A DNA stretch of 63,997 nt, counting the filler, from Saprolegnia diclina VS20 (taxonomy: Eukaryota), in NCBI RefSeq assembly GCF_000281045.1. It is 20 parts of 20 records of this genome, joined end to end, with 100 filler letters (N's around TTAATTAATTAA, not from the genome) between each part and the next. Parts side by side here need not be neighbours in the genome. Positions count along the whole stretch, not along the records: positions 57,987 to 61,748 come from NW_008246358.1; positions 61,849 to 62,893 come from NW_008246369.1; positions 62,994 to 63,997 come from NW_008246457.1; 17 more parts are not named here. One strand, 5' to 3'. Shown in pieces: positions 58,350 to 63,997 of this stretch (positions are counted from its first letter, which is position 1; every line of letters begins with the position of its first letter). Position numbers and translations under genes: made by a program. The notes under the pieces were generated by a model that saw only the letters and a program-made list of their open reading frames with translations, ran no database searches and was not told the origin of the DNA.

Positions 58350-58660
58350 ATGAAGAAGGCGAAGACCGGTCGTGGTGCTACGAACCGAGGCTTGGCTTGC
58401 CTCGAGATCCCCGATGTGTGCAAGGCCATCCTCGCTTACTGCTTCCTCGATGATGCGCAGAGCCTGAGCGCCATCGTGCTCAGTAAGGCGACCACGCGAT
58501 CGGTCGCCGAGTACGAGGAGCTCTGGACCGGCCTCCTTATCGCTCACTACGGCGAGCTACGCTCGCACCCAGCAGTGCGCCCATGCTTGTCTGGTGACAT
58601 ACCCGTGGCGGCGCCTAGATATACGCCGTGTACGGCGTGTATCGAGTATTTCACGTGGCT
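58350..58660 (+). pseudogene. 5' part of a host gene (F-box-like N-terminus) interrupted by the YR element
   Basis: LEIPDVCKAILAYCFL...EELWTGL; the frame runs into the element's 3' end at ~58660. Confidence 0.45.
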
Positions 58661-61515
58661 TTTCGCTCAGGGGGAAAAAGGGCGCGAGGCCTGCATTACC
58701 GCTGCACCTCGGGTGAGGCGTGGCGGTTCCCCCAAGGCCATGCGGCTGGCCAACTGAGCGATCGCCACATCGTCGATGCGCGCGTAGATCTTGAACGCGT
58801 CGCTGCGCCATCGACCGAACTTCTGGATCGTCAGATCCGTGGCGCCGCCCTTGAACTGCGCTGTGGCACCTCCACTTCGCAGTGAGTGCGTCGTGAAGGT
58901 TGCCGGTTCCTTGCCGAGCTTCGCGGCTGCACTGCGGAGAAGCTGACGGACTTGGAGCTCCGTGATCGGCACGGCGACACCGTGTTGGTCAAAGGAGATG
59001 CAGAGGGGGTCGTCTTCGACCGCTCCAGCTCCTCGAGCCAGCCTTCGCAGCTCCCACAGCGCTGGAATCGGGCAGAGCCATGTGCTACCCGAGCGAGCTA
59101 GACGGAGCGTCGTGCCGTCGCCACGTTGATCAGTCTTCGAGCTCGGGATCGTGACGTGAACCTCGTGAGCTTCGTCCACCGTCCGCGCTACTGTCTCGAA
59201 GCGGGTGGTGAACCGGACGTCCTTGACCCGGATGCCGTGCATGGCGGGTCTGGCTCCTTCGTGCAAGTACTCGGACTTGCGCAGGAGAAAGAAGAAACCC
59301 AGCAGCGCAGCCCCCCAGAGTGAGCGCTGCTGGGGGACGTTGAAGTCGAGTCCGGCACGCATTTGCCAGAGCATGCCGATGCTGACGGGCTCCTTGCGTT
59401 GGGCGGGTCCATCGGTTCGTTCAATGCCTCGGAGGACGAGCTGATGGTCGGGTTCCAGCGCCACGTTGTACCCTCGGTGCACTTGATGATGCCAAGCGAC
59501 GCCGCAAAGTTTGGATCGGATGGTGCCCGCCGAGTTTCCTTGGTCGCGGAGGTAGAGGACGTAGTTGATGAGGCCATTGGACTGCTCGCGTTGGTCGGGT
59601 GAGAGCCATGGATGGTAGCCTTGGCGTTCCCGCCACGCGCGCCACTGTTCCCAAGCAGCTGCGTACCTTCCTCGCGTGCTCGTGGCCAGTGCAGCGTCTT
59701 GGAAGTCGCGGATGACTGCCGGTACATGAAGCGGAGGTGCGCGGGTACCTCCCATGCCTGCCAACCCGTGGCGAGGCGGCGCCACGCGGACCGATGCGGT
59801 TCCTCGAGGCTGCGTGATCCGTGGTATGCCATCGTGTTGCGTGCTCCTTCCATGTGGCCCGCCGTGACGTGTAAACGGTGCACCGCTTGCGCGAGCGCCA
59901 GGCGGCGGTTGAGCTCCTGGGCGAAGACGCTCTCGGCTGCGAGTTTGTTCGTCCATGCGACGCTCGACGCGTTGTCGATCCATCCGTGCACGTGGACCGT
60001 TGCTCGGTTGTCGACCGCCCAGAGCGGCGCCCATATGCTGACCGCGAGGCATAGGCTCAAATGCTCCCGGACGTTGATCGAGAAGGGAGGCTGCGCTGAC
60101 GCGTCGCTGCCAGCCGATCGTTGGGCGACGTCACGAATCATGGCGCGCTCGGATTCGTCGAAAAACAGCTGGATGTAACGCTTGTGAGCCAAATCGAGAA
60201 CGACCAGGCCAATATTGGTCATTCGCGTCCATGTACAGGTGCAAGTCGGGCTCGGAGGAGCGATCGAAGATGGCCGCGGGTACGCGAGCAAAGTCAGCCT
60301 GCGCCAGAATGGCCTGGAAAAGCTCAAGGTCGCGTAGTGCGGTCGGCGGGAGTCGAAAGGTCTTGTACTTGTCTGCCCGCACCGCGACGTTGTGCAGCCG
60401 TTGGTAGAAGGCTCGGGCTGCCGGTGCGCACGAGCAGACGTGGCGGAGCGAGCCCAGAGCTTGGAGAAGGTCCGTCTTGCGAGCCGTGCCTTTATGCACG
60501 AGGGCGTCCACCCGGTGTTTGGCTTTCTCGACCTTCCCCGGAGGCATCGAGACGGCTGCGTCGTTGAGGTGCCAAATAAGCCCCAACGCGTGGAGGTCGC
60601 TCGACCATGCCTTGAACTTCTTCTCATTGATGCTTGTTGGTCCTAGGATGGCCAGCATGGCGAGGCGTAGAGATGTCTCGGCCGCACTGGCCCGGATCGG
60701 CACCACGCCGTCGGGCGTTCGCGAGACCAGCTCGATGAGAATGTGATCGTCCATCCATTCCAGCGTCCAGAAGGGCTCGGTGTCCTGGTCCCGCCACGGG
60801 TTGAGTGAGTGAGGTGACTCCTGCGAGACGAGATGGGAGATTGCCCGACCAAAGACGACGTAGTACGGTGGGCTCCCACACCAACCAAACGGCCCCGAGA
60901 GGTCTAAACCCCAATGACTAGACCCTGGTACTTGTGCCCCGAGCCAATGCGCGTCCGCGGCAGCCACGCGCAGATGCCGGAACGCGCTCTTGACGTCGCC
61001 GGCCATGCCCACGATGGTCATGTCGTCCGTCAAACGCAGATGCAGCGCGATGATGCGCGACGCGACTTCGGTGATGCGTCACCAACGGACGTCCGGCAAG
61101 AGGTCTTTGTCGGTTGCGTCACCGTGAAAGTCTTGCCAGACTCTCGCACCGCCACGACTTGCCCCGCCGTCGCCGAACCGTTGAGGCGGAAGAGGACAAA
61201 CCGACGCAACAGCGCGCCCGTGTTGGACCGGGCCTCGCGCGCCGAGGCGAACGCGAACGTGCACTCGTCTTTCGGCATCGTGAACGAAGTCTCCGGCGAG
61301 CCCTCCGTCGGCAGTGTCGTGAACGTGAGCACCTTCGGGCCGCGTCTCGCGCTGGCTACCGCCGTGATGCAAGCGTACACCGGCCAATCGAGCGCGCCGG
61401 GAGCCACTTGCGCGCGCGATTCGTCGGAGACTTGCTCAGGAAGAACCATGACATGGGATTTCCTCATGTACTGATGGCGAGCCATGAGTACCTCTTGCTT
61501 AGCGGAGAGCGAAAA
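58660..61515 (-). mobile_element. DIRS/Ngaro-type element, copy 2, with large internal deletion
   Basis: 58884-61120 matches copy 1 (offset 32635); the match stops at ...GGTTGCGTC|ACCG; extra CGA>TGA stop at ~61081. Confidence 0.88.
58667..60052 (-). CDS. Complete tyrosine recombinase ORF
   Basis: R (LLRKSEY), K (SSKTDQ), HSLR, GRWRS and FKIY catalytic set intact. Confidence 0.92.
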   Translation of the reverse strand: MPRGQHMGAALGGRQPSNGPRARMDRQRVERRMDEQTRSRERLRPGAQPPPGARASGAPFTRHGGPHGRSTQHDGIPRITQPRGTASVRVAPPRHGLAGMGGTRAPPLHVPAVIRDFQDAALATSTRGRYAAAWEQWRAWRERQGYHPWLSPDQREQSNGLINYVLYLRDQGNSAGTIRSKLCGVAWHHQVHRGYNVALEPDHQLVLRGIERTDGPAQRKEPVSIGMLWQMRAGLDFNVPQQRSLWGAALLGFFFLLRKSEYLHEGARPAMHGIRVKDVRFTTRFETVARTVDEAHEVHVTIPSSKTDQRGDGTTLRLARSGSTWLCPIPALWELRRLARGAGAVEDDPLCISFDQHGVAVPITELQVRQLLRSAAAKLGKEPATFTTHSLRSGGATAQFKGGATDLTIQKFGRWRSDAFKIYARIDDVAIAQLASRMALGEPPRLTRGAAVMQASRPFSP

Positions 61516-62019
61516 CTAGAATGCTAGGCTCTGCCGACCAGTCGTTGGTTTCGCCGAGCCGCCTTCTCTTGAAAAGTCCGTTTCGACTCCTTGCAGGCGC
61601 GAAACACCCATTTCGAGACGGCCGTCGAACGTTCCACCTTGCAGCGGCTACCAGGGTGGCTGCAAACCCGAAGCATGGTAAAGTCACAGCTCAATGACGT
61701 TGACTGCATCAAACCAACGACAAAAATATGCGTCGGTTGGTGCCTCTGNNNNNNNNNNNNNNNNNNNNNNNNNNNNNNNNNNNNNNNNNNNNTTAATTAA
61801 TTAANNNNNNNNNNNNNNNNNNNNNNNNNNNNNNNNNNNNNNNNNNNNGTATTTTGCGCGTCTTCGCGCGCTCCCGTCGATGCAAGCGTGGGAGGCGAGC
61901 GCGCTTGTCGAACCGTACCGCATCACTTCGTACGAAGCCGACTGTGTTCGCAGCGGAACCATTCTCCGCGACCTCCGTACGGCGTAGGCTAAATGATCTC
62001 GATCCAGAAATTCTATGAA

Positions 62020-62794
62020 GGGAAAATGACAAAACTGGGTGTAATATTGGACTTTACGTCAAAACTGGGTCCCAAATGACAAATCTGGGGGTATACAAAA
62101 ATCGAGTACTCGGTAGTGGTGCAGAGTGGTGCAGTGGTGCAGAGTGGCGCAAACCCACCTCAACCCCTCACCATGACCTCACCACTGCACCACTGCACCA
62201 CCACCCTTACACCCTCTCTCTCACTTCACCACTGCACCACTCTCTCTCCACTAAACTACCCTCTACCCTCACCACTCCGCACCACTGCACCACACTGCAC
62301 CACATTGCACCACTCTGCGCCACTAGCTTGCGCCACTGCCGAGCACTCAATTTTTGTATACCCCAGATTTGTCATTTGGGACCCCGTTTTGACGTTAACA
62401 AACTAGCAGCTGGGCTAGTGGAGCACAAAACAGAGGAGAGAGGAAGAGGAAGAAGGGTGGACCACACAAAGGCGCACGGAGACGTGCGCAGTCGGGCGGC
62501 GGAATCGAAGTGAAGCCCCAAAGGCTCCAAGTGACCCGACCCGTGATATCGTATATTACGAGAGGGGCACACAAGCTGCGACACAAACTCCTACAGTGGC
62601 AAAACCCTCATACTTGATATGAGGGGAAAAAGCCTACTGACGGTGGAAACAGCCAATGACGTAGCAGAGGCTGGAGAAAACCACCGAAAAACCAACGAAG
62701 AGTTGGACGTCTTCGAGTCGGCGATCCCAACGTTTGCAGTTGCGATCTTGACAGACGTAAAGTCCAATATTGCACCCAGTTTTGACATTTTCCC
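62020..62794. mobile_element. Non-autonomous Mutator-like element with an insertion in its right TIR
   Basis: 9-bp TSD TTCTATGAA (62011-62019, 62795-62803); ~100-bp TIR beginning GGGAAAATGAC; right TIR split into ~62330-62395 and ~62755-62794. Confidence 0.88.
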
Positions 62795-63061
62795 TTCTAT
62801 GAAAACTACGTGCAGCATTCGACGAAGCAAAGTGGATACTAGTAGCTTAGAGCTCAAGAAGAGGAGGCGGTTCGACAACCAACCAGCTTGGCCNNNNNNN
62901 NNNNNNNNNNNNNNNNNNNNNNNNNNNNNNNNNNNNNTTAATTAATTAANNNNNNNNNNNNNNNNNNNNNNNNNNNNNNNNNNNNNNNNNNNNCCAACGT
63001 CAATCAGGAATTTCATTTCATTTATACAACGCAACAAGAGAATACACGAAAGCGACATTTT

Positions 63062-63997
63062 CTAGAGAGCGCGACGAAGGCGGTGCTGCGCCATGCGAAC
63101 CGAAACGACACCATTCGCAGGACTCGGGTTCGCCACCGAGCTCTTGAGCCAGCACGTGTTGGCGTTGATCGAAAAGCCGACGCAACCGGTCGTGGTCGAG
63201 CACCCGTTGCAGCACTGCGCGACCTGCGCTGCCGTGTCGCCGTTGACGCCAAAGCTGCGGATGTCGTTGCCGTAGTAGTCGACGTCGGTGCTGACGCTGC
63301 TCCCGCACTGGCTGGACGAGCCCGCAGAGGCGCCGGGCGCAGAGGCCGAGACGACGCCAGCGCGGGGCGTCGGGCTGCCGAGCGTGTGCTTGAGCCAGCA
63401 CACACCGCTGTTGATGGAGAAGCCGGCGCAGCCGTTGGTCGAGCTGCACGCCGCGCAACACTGGCTGAGCTGGTCTTGCGCACTGCCCCACACCCCAAGG
63501 TTCTTGATGTCGTTGCCGTAGTAGTCGAGGTCGCTCTTGGCGTTGGCGCACTGGCCGCCGCTGTTGGGCTGCGGCGCGGGCCCCGGGTTCTGGCCGTTGC
63601 CTTGCAGCGGAACGCAGTTTTCTACGCACAGTATCGCAGCGTGAGCCATGGAGCCATAAAGGTCGTGGGACGCACTGTAGACTTGCCACTCAGGCTGGTG
63701 TAGCGCAATCCAGTAAAAGCGCAGCATGCAGCCGTCGCCCGCGCAGCTCGAGTAGTCGACGGGGAGGTGCGCGGCCGGCTTGTCGCCAAAGTTGGTCGCG
63801 CAGTCGTCGTTCTGAAACACGCGCTTGTTGTCGAGCCACACCTCGCAGGGGCCCTACCAATGAGTGCAGCTTGAGTATACATAGAGTAGTGTCGTTGGGT
63901 ACCGTGTGGCTCGGGATGAAGCCTTCGCCCGTGTCGGGGTTCTGCCACGTCATCTTGCCGTCCGATGGGATCGCCTTCTTGGCGACGTTGGTGAGCG
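63062..63997 (-). CDS. AA17-type lytic polysaccharide monooxygenase with two C-terminal PAN/Apple domains (5' end outside window); introns 63854-63902, 63622-63675
   Basis: GFIPSHT-GPCEVWLD...MLRFYWIALH..WQVY-KNCVPL; two DYYGNDI...QCC..C....GC.GF.....CWLK modules. Confidence 0.85.

Noticed and set aside
58667..60052. Phage integrase or bacterial contamination
   Set aside because: The recombinase overlaps RT/RNase H in DIRS-group arrangement, and the rest of the window is eukaryotic.
4477..62993. Regularly recurring TTAATTAATTAA resembling a repeat array or CRISPR
   Set aside because: Always embedded in N runs; an artificial six-frame stop linker between contigs.

Overview
Eukaryotic DNA, most likely an oomycete of the Saprolegniales type (inferred from AA17-type LPMO, secreted PLD, TKL kinases, Inr/FPR-like promoter motifs and ~45-55 bp introns). 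It is not one locus: about 20 short contigs/scaffolds are joined by N-TTAATTAATTAA-N linkers, so gene adjacency across linkers means nothing. The window is rich in mobile elements: an RT-deleted Ty1/copia element with a half-tRNA-iMet PBS, two copies of a DIRS/Ngaro tyrosine-recombinase retrotransposon (RT motif WMDD), PIF/Harbinger, hAT and Mutator non-autonomous elements with clean TIRs/TSDs, a MULE carrying a captured TMEM184-like gene fragment, and Helitron, Tc1 and LINE remnants. Host genes are largely secreted or surface proteins: a lectin with >=10 SUEL domains, cathepsin Z-like protease, PLD, AA17-PAN/Apple LPMO, fascin-like beta-trefoil proteins, a Gly/Tyr-rich protein and TKL kinases. 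The best novelty candidate is a 3.86 kb unit present twice with different right flanks. It encodes a spliced, apparently intact protein with a D..D..H..E pattern resembling Academ/DUF6589-type DDE transposases. All family calls are from motif recognition by eye; no searches were run.
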